A DNA stretch of 64,000 bases from an uncultured Methanosarcinaceae archaeon (GTDB taxonomy: Archaea; Halobacteriota; Methanosarcinia; Methanosarcinales; Methanosarcinaceae), in the NCBI GenBank assembly GCA_963733675.1, contig CAVTET010000001.1, positions 416,001-480,000 on the forward strand, in the 5' to 3' direction. Under the pieces are notes generated by a model. The model was given only the letters and a program-made list of their open reading frames with translations. It searched no databases and was not told where the DNA came from. Made by a program: the position numbers and the translations under genes. Below are positions 22,880 to 33,886 of this stretch, piece after piece; positions within the stretch are counted from its first letter, which is position 1, and every line of letters starts with the position of its first letter.

Positions 22880-24115
22880 TCATCTCACAGGCAGCCCAAG
22901 TGAGTTGATCTGGCCTATCAACTCTGTGAAATTTTCGATTTCCAGTTCTAGAACTTCCTCTTTGGTCATGCCTATTGACATTTCTCCATCTACGGAAAGA
23001 CATTCCGGACCTCTCCGAACAAGTCTATCAACACCTTCTCTGTTAAAAATTTCTTTAATTTCCATATCATGTACAAAGGCTCTGCCTGGAATAAAGACGG
23101 TTTCACTCACTTCCGATAGATCTAACGTTTTAAAATCTTCAATCGTAACCAGGCACCCGATGTCCTTATTTAAGGGAACGACATTTACAGTACCTCCAAT
23201 GGCATCAAAAATTTCCCTTAACCTTGGTGCTGCTATCTGGCTTGTAATAATAGTAGCTTTTTTTGTGACCTTAGGAAGTCTCCCAAGGGCTTCAGGAACG
23301 TTTCGGATGGCAAAAGGGGAACCAATTAAAGGGTCTTCGAGTGGAGTTCCTGTGATTCTGATGAAAGGGTATTTTGCTGCAAAACTGCGTACAAGCTCTG
23401 TGAACTCTTGAACTGTATGTGGATTTATTCCCGGGATTATAGGGGCATTGTTCAGGATTAACCCATTTTCTGGGAAGTTTGCAAATCTCATAAGGATTGC
23501 TCCTTTTGCACCCATGTTTTCAAGGTCACATAGGGTTTTATCGAGGATTTCTCTATCATTTACTCCCGGAATGAGTACTATTGCTCCATATACATCACAG
23601 TGAGTGCAGAAGTCTCGGAGAACCTGTAGTGAGGCATCTGGCTCCGGGTCTTTCATATATTCAGCTCTTAAAGCCGAATCAGTTGCAAAGACTGTAAAAC
23701 TCACTTCTGTGATTCCATGGTCAATGTAGAAAAGAGCATCACTAGGCTTGCTGAAACCTTTCCCACTTGTATATCCCATATGTATCGCAGCTTTGAATTG
23801 AGACAAGAACGAAACAAGGTTTTTCAGTTCAGGATAGCAGCTTAAATCTCCTCCTCCGCTGATCGTGAATTTTTTAATCTCTCCACTTGTGAAATAGAGT
23901 TTTCTTGACGTTTCTTCCAGTACTATCTGAAGAGGCTTGAAGCCTGAGTATGACTCCTTCACACCCCGAATGCAATAATCGCACCCTTTTTTGAAAGGAA
24001 GACAGTGCTTGCAGCCCAAAGGCTGAATTTCTTTTACTTTTTTAAAATAACAATATTTGCAAAAACCTCTGCAGTCTACACCGGGATTTCCACCCACGTC
24101 GACAACTACTTCCAT
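22880..24115 (-). CDS. mmp10: methanogenesis marker protein 10, radical-SAM McrA arginine methyltransferase
   Basis: [43 protein letters not shown]. Divergent from mcrB as in Methanosarcina. Start set at ATG 24115. Confidence 0.93.
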   Translation of the reverse strand: MEVVVDVGGNPGVDCRGFCKYCYFKKVKEIQPLGCKHCLPFKKGCDYCIRGVKESYSGFKPLQIVLEETSRKLYFTSGEIKKFTISGGGDLSCYPELKNLVSFLSQFKAAIHMGYTSGKGFSKPSDALFYIDHGITEVSFTVFATDSALRAEYMKDPEPDASLQVLRDFCTHCDVYGAIVLIPGVNDREILDKTLCDLENMGAKGAILMRFANFPENGLILNNAPIIPGINPHTVQEFTELVRSFAAKYPFIRITGTPLEDPLIGSPFAIRNVPEALGRLPKVTKKATIITSQIAAPRLREIFDAIGGTVNVVPLNKDIGCLVTIEDFKTLDLSEVSETVFIPGRAFVHDMEIKEIFNREGVDRLVRRGPECLSVDGEMSIGMTKEEVLELEIENFTELIGQINSLGLPVR

Positions 24116-24383
24116 ATTAAACTTTCGTATTATAGGAATATTACTAAAGCCTTTTGGTGTGATCCACAGGCTGAGGACGCGACATACGCAAAAGTTGGCG
24201 CTAAACTCTTGTTTTATTAACAATGAATATTAGTAACCGTTTTTATATTTTCGACGGGTTTGATCAGCATTTGTAAACTTATTGGTTGAAAAATATCAAT
24301 TTCTGTTACACATATTTATCAGACTAATTTTTATCTTAGTATCCAAATTTTTTAAAACGATATCCATTAATTGACAAGCAACA

Positions 24384-24400
24384 CAAAAGATTTAAGTACA
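24384..24400 (+). promoter_or_regulatory. mcrB promoter (BRE + TATA)
   Basis: CAAAAGATTTAAGTACA followed by AAACGAATGA resembles the known Methanosarcina PmcrB. AAGGAGG RBS at ~24519-24525. Confidence 0.8.
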
Positions 24401-24534
24401 TTCCAAACGAATGAATTCCCATTGGGAAAGTGACACTCAAAAGCGATTAGGCGCTTGATTTATTGAGTGCAAGGACTACCTTAGTAGGTAATCAATCCCA
24501 TAAATAATTTTAACAAATAAGGAGGAAATTATAA

Positions 24535-25839
24535 GTGTCTGACACAGTAGACATCTACGACGACAGAGGAAAACTGCTCGAGAGCAAAGTCGACATTATG
24601 AAGCTTGCTCCAACAAGAAACAAAGCAATTAAAAAAATCATCTTGGACACCAAGAGATCTGTTGCAATCTCCATTGCAGGTATTCAAGGCGCACTTGCTA
24701 GTGGTAAGATGGGTGGAAAAGGCCGTCACATCCTAGGTCGCGGACTCAACTACGACCTTGTTGGAAATGTTGATGCACTTGCAGCAAAGGTAAAAGATTT
24801 AGTTCAAGTGGACAAGGGAGATGACACCAATGTAAAGGTTCTCAAGGGAGGAAAGAGCCTTCTCGTTCAGTCCCCGGAGTCTAGGATGATCGCAGGCGCA
24901 GATTATATGTCTGCAACAACAGTAGGCGCAGCAGCAGTCACAGAGGCTATTCTGGACATGTTCAAAACCGACATGTACGATGCACCCATAGTTAAGGGCG
25001 CAGTATGGGGAAGTTACCCACAGACAATGGACCTCATGGGCGGAAACGTTGCAAGCATTATGAGCATCCCCCAGAACAACGAAGGTCTAGGTTTCTCTCT
25101 TAGGAATATCATGGCCAACCACGTTGCAGCAATCACCAGCCGGTCTGCTATAAATTCATCAGCTCTTTCTTCGATCTATGAGCAAGCCGGTATTTTTGAG
25201 ATGGGTGGTGCTGTCGGTATGTTTGAGAGACATCAACTTCTTGGTCTCGCATACCAGGGCCTTAATGCCAACAATATATTATATGATGTTGTGAAGGAAA
25301 ATGGAAAGACCGGTACGATGGGAACTGTTGTCCAGTCAATAGTCAACAGAGCAATTGAAGATGGAGTAATTTCAGTTGACAAAAAAGCACCTTCTGGATA
25401 CAACTTCTACAAGGCAAATGATGTCCCCAAGTGGAACGCTTATGCAGCAGCCGGTACACTTGCAGCCACTCTTGTAAACTGTGGTGCAGCACGTGCAGCT
25501 CAGGGTGTTTCTGCAACACTTCTCTACTTCAACGATATACTTGAGAAGGAAACAGGTCTCCCAGGATGTGACTATGGTAAAGTAGAAGGTGTAGCAGTAG
25601 GCTTCTCATTCTTCAGCCACTCAATCTACGGTGGCGGTGGACCAGGTGTCTTCAATGGTAATCACGTGGTTACCAGACACTCAAGAGGATTTGCAATCCC
25701 CTGCGTATGCGCAGCAGTAGCCCTCGATGCCGGTACCCAGATGTTCACAATCGAATCAACATCCGGACTCATAGGTGACGTTTTTGGTGGAATCCCAGAA
25801 TTCCGTGAGCCAATTAAAGCAGTCGCAGGAGCGCTCTGA
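24535..25839 (+). CDS. mcrB: methyl-coenzyme M reductase beta subunit
   Basis: GTG start; SDTVDIYDDRGKLL, GFSFFSHSIYGGGGPGVFNGNHVVTRHS. Confidence 0.99.
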   Translation: MSDTVDIYDDRGKLLESKVDIMKLAPTRNKAIKKIILDTKRSVAISIAGIQGALASGKMGGKGRHILGRGLNYDLVGNVDALAAKVKDLVQVDKGDDTNVKVLKGGKSLLVQSPESRMIAGADYMSATTVGAAAVTEAILDMFKTDMYDAPIVKGAVWGSYPQTMDLMGGNVASIMSIPQNNEGLGFSLRNIMANHVAAITSRSAINSSALSSIYEQAGIFEMGGAVGMFERHQLLGLAYQGLNANNILYDVVKENGKTGTMGTVVQSIVNRAIEDGVISVDKKAPSGYNFYKANDVPKWNAYAAAGTLAATLVNCGAARAAQGVSATLLYFNDILEKETGLPGCDYGKVEGVAVGFSFFSHSIYGGGGPGVFNGNHVVTRHSRGFAIPCVCAAVALDAGTQMFTIESTSGLIGDVFGGIPEFREPIKAVAGAL

Positions 25840-25862
25840 AAATATATTAACTAGGTCTAAAG

Positions 25863-26357
25863 ATGTCAGACTCTGCTTCAAATACAGAAGATTTGAGTAT
25901 TCAAATCGAAATTTTTCCAAGTAGAATCCTGTCTCCGGAAACAGCTCAGAAGCTCATGACTGAGCTTTACAAGATAAACGGAATAATCCGTGTTATGGTG
26001 CAGGGCAACAGGTTGCCTGAGAGGGTGTCTTCAGGTCCAGGCACTGGAGAAAAGGTGGAACATCCACTAAGAAAACCTATTCAGATAGGGGATCAGGTTA
26101 TTGAACTGAAGATCAGTGTAGGCAGAATCAGGGTTGAACTTTCAAATGCTGAATCGAAGGACAAAGTCAGAGACATATGCGAAAATATCCTCCCGTTCTC
26201 GTTTGAATTCAGAGAAGGACATTTTTTCAGGAGAAAGCCTACCGTGACTGACTATGCTAAACTTGGTCCTGAAGCTGATCCGCGCTTGCTTGGTATGGTA
26301 GACCCTAAAGGCAAGAAAAACCAGTTAGCCTTCATCGAAAAACAAGAAAAAACATAA
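25863..26357 (+). CDS. mcrD: methyl-coenzyme M reductase operon protein D
   Basis: IEIFPSRIL, VGRIRVE, PTVTDYAKLG; operon position. Confidence 0.96.
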   Translation: MSDSASNTEDLSIQIEIFPSRILSPETAQKLMTELYKINGIIRVMVQGNRLPERVSSGPGTGEKVEHPLRKPIQIGDQVIELKISVGRIRVELSNAESKDKVRDICENILPFSFEFREGHFFRRKPTVTDYAKLGPEADPRLLGMVDPKGKKNQLAFIEKQEKT

Positions 26358-26370
26358 AGATCATTTAAAA

Positions 26371-26988
26371 ATGATAGATAGGGAAACACAGATAGTTGAC
26401 TGCCGATGTGGTTCAGGACTTGGCAGAGGAGGAGGACTTGCTCAGCGAGGTACTCTCGCAGAAGCCTGCCGTGCAGATGTAGTGGCTATTGCCATGAGTC
26501 CAGGCCAGAGACATATCACAAAACCTGTATGTGAAATCACGTACGGAATGAGGAAAGAAAACATTCAGGTCAGTGTGTTGGTGCTCTATTCAGGCTCTGG
26601 AATTCCTGATTCAGGTATGATGACTGGATCTTTTGTGTTGAGTCCAATAGAAGTTGCGCAAATTGAGATGCACAAACTGGCTGTTATCCACCTCGGAAAT
26701 ATCAGGGACCACGTAATTAGGAAAGCCAGGGAAATCTTGAGCCAGGCTAATATACCAGCAATTATCGTCAGTCAGATACCGGTAGATTTTGAGGATTTTG
26801 CAGAAGCAGGGATAAAGACAAGATTAGTGATGCCAAGGGATGAAAATATTTGTACAAAAGGAATTGTGATGGATATTGTGAGTGGGGTTACACGCGGTGA
26901 CTCCTGTCCCAGGGACAAACTAAACTTAATCGTGAAATACGTCAAGACAACATTAGACCATTTAGAAAATCACAAAGGAGTTGCATGA
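26371..26988 (+). CDS. mcrC: methyl-coenzyme M reductase operon protein C
   Basis: VDCRCGSGLGRGGGLAQRGT, HITKPVCEIT. Confidence 0.96.
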   Translation: MIDRETQIVDCRCGSGLGRGGGLAQRGTLAEACRADVVAIAMSPGQRHITKPVCEITYGMRKENIQVSVLVLYSGSGIPDSGMMTGSFVLSPIEVAQIEMHKLAVIHLGNIRDHVIRKAREILSQANIPAIIVSQIPVDFEDFAEAGIKTRLVMPRDENICTKGIVMDIVSGVTRGDSCPRDKLNLIVKYVKTTLDHLENHKGVA

Positions 26989-26989
26989 A

Positions 26990-27736
26990 ATGGTATATAA
27001 ACCACAATTTTACCCAGGAGCGACATCAGTTGGCGCTAACAGAAGAAAACACATGTCTGGAAAACTTGAAAAACTCAGGGAAATTTCAGACGAAGATTTA
27101 ACCGCAATTCTCGGACACCGTGCACCAGGAAGTGACTACCCGAGCACCCACCCACCACTTGCAGAAATGGGAGAGCCCGCATGCTCGACTCGTGAAATTG
27201 TCGAAGCTACCCCAGGCGCAAAGGCCGGTGACAGAGTTAGATATGTCCAGTTTACTGACTCTATGTATAATGCCCCAGCTACTCCGTACTTTAGATCATA
27301 CTTCGCAGCAATCAACTTCAGAGGTGTAGATCCAGGTACCCTTTCAGGTCGTCAGATCGTCGAAGCCCGTGAGAGAGACATGGAAAAGTGTGCAAAGGTT
27401 CAGGTGGAAACCGAAATTAGTGACCATGCACTCTGTGGTGTACGTGGTGCAACAGTGCACGGCCACTCCGTTCGTCTCCAGGAAGATGGTGTAATGTTTG
27501 ATATGCTCGACAGGAGAAGACTCGAAGGCGGCAACATCATCATGGACAAGGACCAAGTTGCAATTCCACTCGATAGGAAAGTAAACCTTGGAAAGCCTAT
27601 GTCTGAAGCAGAAGCTGCAAAGAGGACTACCATCTACCGTGTGGACAATGTGGCCTTCAAGGACGACGCAGAAGTCGTTGAATGGGTGCACAGAATATTC
27701 GATAATAGGACTAAGTACGGATTCCAGCCGAAATGA
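26990..27736 (+). CDS. mcrG: methyl-coenzyme M reductase gamma subunit
   Basis: [53 protein letters not shown]. Start at ATG 26990. Confidence 0.99.
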   Translation: MVYKPQFYPGATSVGANRRKHMSGKLEKLREISDEDLTAILGHRAPGSDYPSTHPPLAEMGEPACSTREIVEATPGAKAGDRVRYVQFTDSMYNAPATPYFRSYFAAINFRGVDPGTLSGRQIVEARERDMEKCAKVQVETEISDHALCGVRGATVHGHSVRLQEDGVMFDMLDRRRLEGGNIIMDKDQVAIPLDRKVNLGKPMSEAEAAKRTTIYRVDNVAFKDDAEVVEWVHRIFDNRTKYGFQPK

Positions 27737-27746
27737 GGTGACCACA

Positions 27747-29462
27747 ATGGCAGCAGATATTTACTCTAAATTCAAAAAATCAATGGAAGTCAAGTTCACA
27801 ACGGAATTTGGTTCTAACAAGCAGTCCACAAAGGACATTACCGACAAGACCGAAAAATTCCTGAGGCTTGGGCCTACGCAAGATCCAAGAAAAGCCGACA
27901 TGATTACTGCCGGAAAGAAACTTGCAGAGAAGAGAGGCCTAGCATTCTACAACCCGATGATGCACTCAGGTGCTCCCATAGGTCAGCGTGCAATTACTCC
28001 CTATATCATTTCCGGCACTGACATCGTTGCAGAACCTGATGATCTCCACTACGTAAACAACGCTGCAATGCAGCAGATGTGGGATGATATCAGGAGAACG
28101 TGTATAGTCGGTCTTGACCTTGCGCATGAGACCCTTGAGAAAAGGCTGGGTAAGGAAGTTACCCCTGAAACTATTAACCACTATCTTGAAGTCCTTAACC
28201 ACGCCATGCCTGGCGCAGCAGTTGTTCAGGAAATGATGGTTGAAACCCATCCAGCGCTTGTAGATGACTGTTACGTCAAAGTCTTCACAGGCGATGACAC
28301 GCTTGCAGACGAAATAGACAAGCAGTTCCTTATCAATATCAATAAGGAATTCAATGCAGAACAGGCAGCTCAGATTAAGGCCTCCATCGGTAAAACTTCC
28401 TGGCAGGCAATCCACATCCCGACAATCGTCTCCAGAACGACTGACGGTGCTCAGACCTCCAGGTGGGCAGCCATGCAGATAGGTATGTCCTTCATTTCCG
28501 CATATTCAATGTGCGCCGGTGAAGCAGCTGTTGCTGACCTGTCCTTCGCTGCAAAGCATGCAGCTCTGGTTTCCATGGGTGAAATGCTGCCTGCAAGGCG
28601 TGCACGTGGTCCTAATGAGCCAGGTGGACTGTCCTTCGGTCACATCTCAGACATCATCCAGACTAGCCGCAAAGTGACTGACGATCCAGCAAAGATCGCC
28701 CTTGAAGTCGTGGGTTCAGGCTGCATGTTGTATGACCAGATCTGGCTCGGATCCTACATGTCCGGTGGTGTCGGGTTCACACAGTATGCAACAGCTGCAT
28801 ACACTGACGATATCCTCGACAACAATGTTTACTACAACATTGATTACATCAACGACAAATACAAGGGTGCTGCAAAGGTCGGCAAGGATAACAAGATAAA
28901 GGCAACCTTGGACGTCGTAAAGGATATTGCAACCGAGTCCACAGTCTATGGTATCGAAACCTACGAAAAATTCCCGACAGCCCTTGAAGATCACTTTGGT
29001 GGGTCTCAGAGAGCAACTGTGCTCGCAGCAGCAGCAGGTGTCGCAACAGCTATTGCAACCGCAAATGCTAACGCTGGGCTCTCAGCATGGTATCTATCCA
29101 TGTACCTTCATAAGGAAGCATGGGGCCGTCTCGGCTTCTTCGGATACGACTTGCAAGACCAGTGTGGTGCCACAAATGTTCTGTCCTACCAGGGCGATGA
29201 AGGTCTCCCAGACGAACTACGTGGGCCTAACTACCCTAACTACGCAATGAATGTCGGACACCAGGGTGGATACGCAGGTATTGCTCAGGCAGCTCACGCA
29301 GGCCGTGGCGACGCGTTCACCGTTAACCCCCTCATCAAGGTATGTTTCGCTGATGAACTCCTGCCCTTCAATTTCGCTGAACCCAGGAGAGAATTCGGTC
29401 GCGGTGCCATGAGAGAGTTTGTCTGTGCCGGTGAGAGATCTCTCATCATCCCAGCAAAATAA
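27747..29462 (+). CDS. mcrA: methyl-coenzyme M reductase alpha subunit
   Basis: [72 protein letters not shown]. Start at ATG 27747 behind GAGGTG. Confidence 0.99.
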   Translation: MAADIYSKFKKSMEVKFTTEFGSNKQSTKDITDKTEKFLRLGPTQDPRKADMITAGKKLAEKRGLAFYNPMMHSGAPIGQRAITPYIISGTDIVAEPDDLHYVNNAAMQQMWDDIRRTCIVGLDLAHETLEKRLGKEVTPETINHYLEVLNHAMPGAAVVQEMMVETHPALVDDCYVKVFTGDDTLADEIDKQFLININKEFNAEQAAQIKASIGKTSWQAIHIPTIVSRTTDGAQTSRWAAMQIGMSFISAYSMCAGEAAVADLSFAAKHAALVSMGEMLPARRARGPNEPGGLSFGHISDIIQTSRKVTDDPAKIALEVVGSGCMLYDQIWLGSYMSGGVGFTQYATAAYTDDILDNNVYYNIDYINDKYKGAAKVGKDNKIKATLDVVKDIATESTVYGIETYEKFPTALEDHFGGSQRATVLAAAAGVATAIATANANAGLSAWYLSMYLHKEAWGRLGFFGYDLQDQCGATNVLSYQGDEGLPDELRGPNYPNYAMNVGHQGGYAGIAQAAHAGRGDAFTVNPLIKVCFADELLPFNFAEPRREFGRGAMREFVCAGERSLIIPAK

Positions 29463-29489
29463 ACTAAATGGTCAAATATTTTAAAACCT

Positions 29490-29520
29490 AGTAGGCTTTT
29501 TTGCCTACTTTTTCTTTTTT
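29490..29520 (+). terminator. mcr operon terminator
   Basis: AGTAGGC-TTTTTT-GCCTACT hairpin followed by TTTTCTTTTTT. Confidence 0.8.
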
Positions 29521-30236
29521 GTCTTTCATATTTGTTTTAATATATTTTTTCTCAGAAATTGTTTTTGTTCAATAGGGATATATATTCCAGAATATTTTGA
29601 TAAACTCTGATGCATTTGGGAATTGGAAAATTTAGCTCTGTTAAATATCATTTTAAATATTAAGATAGCATCAGCTTTTCAAAAATCATTTGAGAGCCTT
29701 CAAAAACTTCACCAAAATTAGCTCTAATTATTCAATTTCTAACCCAAAATGCTAAAAAAATTATATAAGTATGGGGAGTTTTGCTCTATTTTTTCATTTC
29801 TGCTGTCAAATTAATTGGCCAGTACTAAATATCGTCCCCGTAATATATAATAATCTGGCAAATTCAGTACCTTAGATTCAAGCTAAATTTGGGAAAAATA
29901 ATTATCAAAAGACAGAGAATTATCCGTCAAATAAAATTTTTACAAACGGGACAAAAATTTATTGATATAAATATTACTTTTATATCCTTCTCAAATATGA
30001 AAATATATTTGATATCAAAATCGAAATGTTAAATTAGAGATCACAAATAAGATATTAAAATAGATCAAAATAAAATTTGAAGATAAGCCTCAAAAAAGAA
30101 AGAATCAAAGAAAACACATTGTAGTAATGGAATCTCCTAAAAATCATTAAAATTTCAAAATAAATACAAAAAGACTGAAAAAACAGGTCTATATAAAATT
30201 TTTCAGTCTTGCTTGTTTTTATTTTAAGTATCACGC

Positions 30237-30443
30237 TTATTTAACGAGACTAGCAAAACCATATTTTGGAAGTATCCTTTCTATCTTAATTCTTACCTCA
30301 TCGCCAACCTTGGTTCCTGGGACAAAAATTACAAAGCTCTCTATACGAGCAATACCATCTCCCTGGCGAGCGATATCTTGAATTGTCACATCGTAAATTT
30401 CGCCTTCTTCGACAGGAACAGAGCTACTTTCGTCTCTGAGCAT
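30237..30443 (-). CDS. single TRAM-domain RNA chaperone (copy 3)
   Basis: PVEEGEIYDVTIQDIARQGDGIARIESFVIFVPGTKVGDEV. Start may be 30443 or 30452. Confidence 0.92.
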   Translation of the reverse strand: MLRDESSSVPVEEGEIYDVTIQDIARQGDGIARIESFVIFVPGTKVGDEVRIKIERILPKYGFASLVK

Positions 30444-30505
30444 CAAAACCATTCCTTAATAGATCAAGTTGAAATTTGAAGCAATCATTCGATTAGAACC
30501 TGTAT

Positions 30506-30712
30506 TTACTCGACAACACTTGCAAATGCAAATTTGGGGAGTACCCTTTCTACTTTAATTCGAACCTCATCACCAACTTTGGTGCCCGGAACAAAGATAA
30601 CGAAACCCTCTATACGGGCAATGCCATCTCCCTGGCGAGCAATATCCTGAATTGTTACATCATAAACTTCGCCCTCTTCGATAGGGACTGAGCGACTCTC
30701 TTCTCTGAACAT
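30506..30712 (-). CDS. single TRAM-domain RNA chaperone (copy 2)
   Basis: GDGIARIEGFVIFVP...KFAFASVVE. Confidence 0.94.
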   Translation of the reverse strand: MFREESRSVPIEEGEVYDVTIQDIARQGDGIARIEGFVIFVPGTKVGDEVRIKVERVLPKFAFASVVE

Positions 30713-30778
30713 GAAAAATCATTCCTTAGTTTACTTAAGTTAAATTTTAGTATAACACTTGATTTTTGGAAACTGTAC

Positions 30779-30985
30779 TTATTCAACAACAGTTGCAAAT
30801 GCAAATTTGGGAAGTACCCTTCCAACCTTAATCTGAACTTCATCGCCTACACTAGTATTCGGGACAAAAACTACGAAGCCTTCGATACGGGCGATGCCAT
30901 CTCCCTGGCGAGCAATATCCTGAATAGTTACATCATAAGTTTCGCCCTCTTCAACGGGCACAGAAATACGTTCTTCTTTAAACAT
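30779..30985 (-). CDS. single TRAM-domain RNA chaperone (copy 1)
   Basis: GDGIARIEGFVVFVP...KFAFATVVE; AAGGA RBS. Confidence 0.94.
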   Translation of the reverse strand: MFKEERISVPVEEGETYDVTIQDIARQGDGIARIEGFVVFVPNTSVGDEVQIKVGRVLPKFAFATVVE

Positions 30986-31479
30986 AGGTTCATTCCTTTA
31001 ACTTCGATTTAATTGCTTAAGAGCGCTCTTCGACAAAAAGAAGTAAAAACAGTACTTAAAATCCAAATTCAGGAAGTACACATCCTACTTAATCTACTTG
31101 GTTAACTAGTCTCCAACAGAGCTTCTGATAAGTCAATTAATTGGTCATATTCATATTCGCTTGTATATAAAATTTTGCTTCAATGATACTAAAATAGGAC
31201 TGATGCACTTGAGGTGTGAAATCGAGTGCAATAAACTTTATTATTAAATTTTAGATTTAAACAGTTGAAGGTTTGATGCCATTTACTTTATATTTCAAGT
31301 GCTTCAGTCCGATAAGCAATAACAGTAAAAAAAGTAATAAACATATGTAGCCCCAAAGAAACATATTATGAAATAGAATTGAAACTCGGTTAAGAATCAT
31401 CTCGCCTGCTACATTTATTTCGGAACAAAAATTCGTCACAAATTTAGAATATCAAAATTAAATTTATCATGGAATACAT

Positions 31480-31865
31480 TTATTTTTAAAAGGTACGAGA
31501 TATATACCATCTGCCCTTTTTGCCCTTTAACCAGTTCATAAAGTCTCAATAGAGCAAATTGGTTTTCTGTTTCTAGCAAAGATATCTCATATTTTTTGGG
31601 CAATTTTGGACTTTTTTTACTCCCCAACTCGAGACAATTAATTCATAGATGGCTTTTTGTAGCTCAGTAAAGCCTTATGTTCCTTCAAACCCAGCTTCTT
31701 CCCTAAATATTTTTTGAATGGATAGCCTAGGGATTACAAGCCTGAATTTTATGATGGCTTTCTATGTAACAGTCCTCACAGAAAATTTCGCCTTCTTCCT
31801 CAATGACATTTTTTCTTTTTAGTTCACCCCCTCAAACATTGCATTTGACGAGAATGGTTCTTCCT
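31480..31865 (-). pseudogene. small Zn-finger/wHTH hypothetical protein, multiply disrupted
   Basis: Relic VKCNV*GGEL...EGEIFCEDCYIESHHKIQACNP*AI...ELQKAIYELI...ETENQFALLRLYELVKGQK with stops and frameshifts. Confidence 0.65.
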
Positions 31866-32621
31866 TCAGTCAATTTACAAAAGTTAATTTTTTTAAATTC
31901 CCAGTTTATCTAGAATTTCAAGAACAACTACCGACCAATAAGCTATGTAGATAATGACTACCTTGAGTCCCTTGAGTCTGGAAGATGAAGAAGTCTTCTA
32001 ACAGAAAGTTTCGAAACTCGTCCTGAAAACAGGTATAAAATTGCTTAATTTGTATTCAGTTGAGACACAATATGTCTAAAGACAAATTTTCAACTGTTTA
32101 TTTATAGTAAATCTTAATAGGACCAAACTTTATAAATATTGTGATAGATATATGAGTAAACAGTTTGATATCTATTTAAAAGATGACATCTTATAAAAGA
32201 AAATTAAATTTATATTTGAGATACTTATACACTTTTTCCATAGTGATTGTGGGAGTCATTTTGCTGTGTTTTACGATATGCATTCCAACTTTTAATCTTA
32301 GTTTAACATCCGAGGTTAATTACTGCAATGTATATCAAATGAAAATGTATTGATTAATCCACCTTTTGGAAAAGTGAAGAGCACACAAAATTGTAGTACA
32401 TACAGTTTAAAATTTTGATTGTTTGTTGAAGAAAGCGCATAAAAACCATTCAGTCGTATGAAAATATATCGCCTTTTTAAATCCGGGGTTTAAGCTGGAG
32501 ATTATATTTTCATTGCCAGTAGTAATCGGATTTAATATCCGATAGCTTTGTAAATTGGATTATAACATTCAATATCTTTAGATAATTTATGGTTGAGTTG
32601 ATACTATGGAGGATTTATATA

Positions 32622-33143
32622 ATGCATAAAAATATGGTTAAGATGTTAGGTATTTTCACATTAGCTCTTTTTGTTCTGTCAATTACAGGAGCAGCAGCTT
32701 TCAGTGACAGTACAAATTACAAAAAAACTCAGAAAATTTTTACAAATTCCAATGTAAGCCTGACAAAAAATACTGTTGTAGAAGTGACCCAGCTTGAGCA
32801 GATAAACAAAGCCCTCAAAAAAGGCCCAGTTTTGTTGAAAGTCGGAGCTGAATGGTGCGAGTCTTGCCAGAAAATGAAGCCCATTCTTAACGAGCTGGCA
32901 ACAGAATACGGAAGAAAAGCAACGATCATGGCTGCAGATGTAGACCAGAGCCCAAAACTTGCTGACTATTTCGGAGTAAAATCCATACCTGACTTCTCTG
33001 TGATCGTGGGTATTGAAAAAGGGAAATACATTTACATGCAACAGGACGGGACAGTCACCCAGAGCAGATCTCAAGCCAAAATCGTCGGACTGAATGATAA
33101 AAAAGTGTTTGAAAACGTTCTTGATGTTACTATTCCGGAATAA
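32622..33143 (+). CDS. secreted/membrane-anchored thioredoxin-family protein
   Basis: Signal peptide (LGIFTLALFVLSITGAAA), WCESC redox motif, cis-Pro loop SIP. GGAGG RBS before ATG 32622. Confidence 0.85.
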   Translation: MHKNMVKMLGIFTLALFVLSITGAAAFSDSTNYKKTQKIFTNSNVSLTKNTVVEVTQLEQINKALKKGPVLLKVGAEWCESCQKMKPILNELATEYGRKATIMAADVDQSPKLADYFGVKSIPDFSVIVGIEKGKYIYMQQDGTVTQSRSQAKIVGLNDKKVFENVLDVTIPE

Positions 33144-33886
33144 AATATCGTTTCCCAATTTATTTAATACGAACCTAAATGCTAATAATTCCTTTAAACT
33201 CTATATGAGACCATTTTTTTTCGCCATTAATGGAGTTTTTTGGAATAATTATTTTGTTTCCAAATTCAATTTTTACTTTTAAAGAATCTTAATTTTTTGT
33301 GAAGTAATATGACTCTTGAAAGAAATAAAACGTCTTCTGAAAATCTAATGGTTTTACTGAAATTTATTATTTTCATATGAATCTTGTAAGACTCTGTAAG
33401 ACTTATCCTTTCGATATATAGTACCAATATAGTTAGGGTCATCAAAAATCGGTCGACTTTTTTAGGATTAATGAGCCTTGATTAAAATTATTCAAACGGT
33501 ATGACCTGGATAAATGAAACAACATGTAGTATTAAAATTGTAAACAGAAAAACATGTTGAACTTGAAAAAAGTAGTTTGTTTCAAATAAAATGAGTCTGA
33601 AGTTCTCCTATATTCTTAATGTTTGTGAGTTAGGTTAATAGTGCAAAAAATTGTAATGGAAAGTTGAGTGAGAAAATACATATTTTTTACTTCAAAACTT
33701 ATGTGTCAGTGAGAACAATAGAAACATAATATTTGTTAGTAAAACTATTGGCTCTGAATCCTATTTTTGTATTAATGAAAAGAATACAGAATCAATCAGA
33801 TTTTACAGAACATTCGATATACTGCAAATAAACTATAAAGTTGTTGAAGAATATCTAATTCAAGCAAGAAAATAGGTGTTGTAAGA

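Noticed and set aside
27588-27746. 53-aa N-terminal extension of McrA (and similar extensions on Mmp10, McrG, SepS)
   Set aside because: Artefacts of longest-ORF calling; RBS position and homology support the downstream starts.
24535-29462. Possible alkyl-CoM reductase or ANME-type MCR
   Set aside because: Active-site motifs, mcrBDCGA order and the adjacent mmp10 are canonical for methanogenic Methanosarcina.
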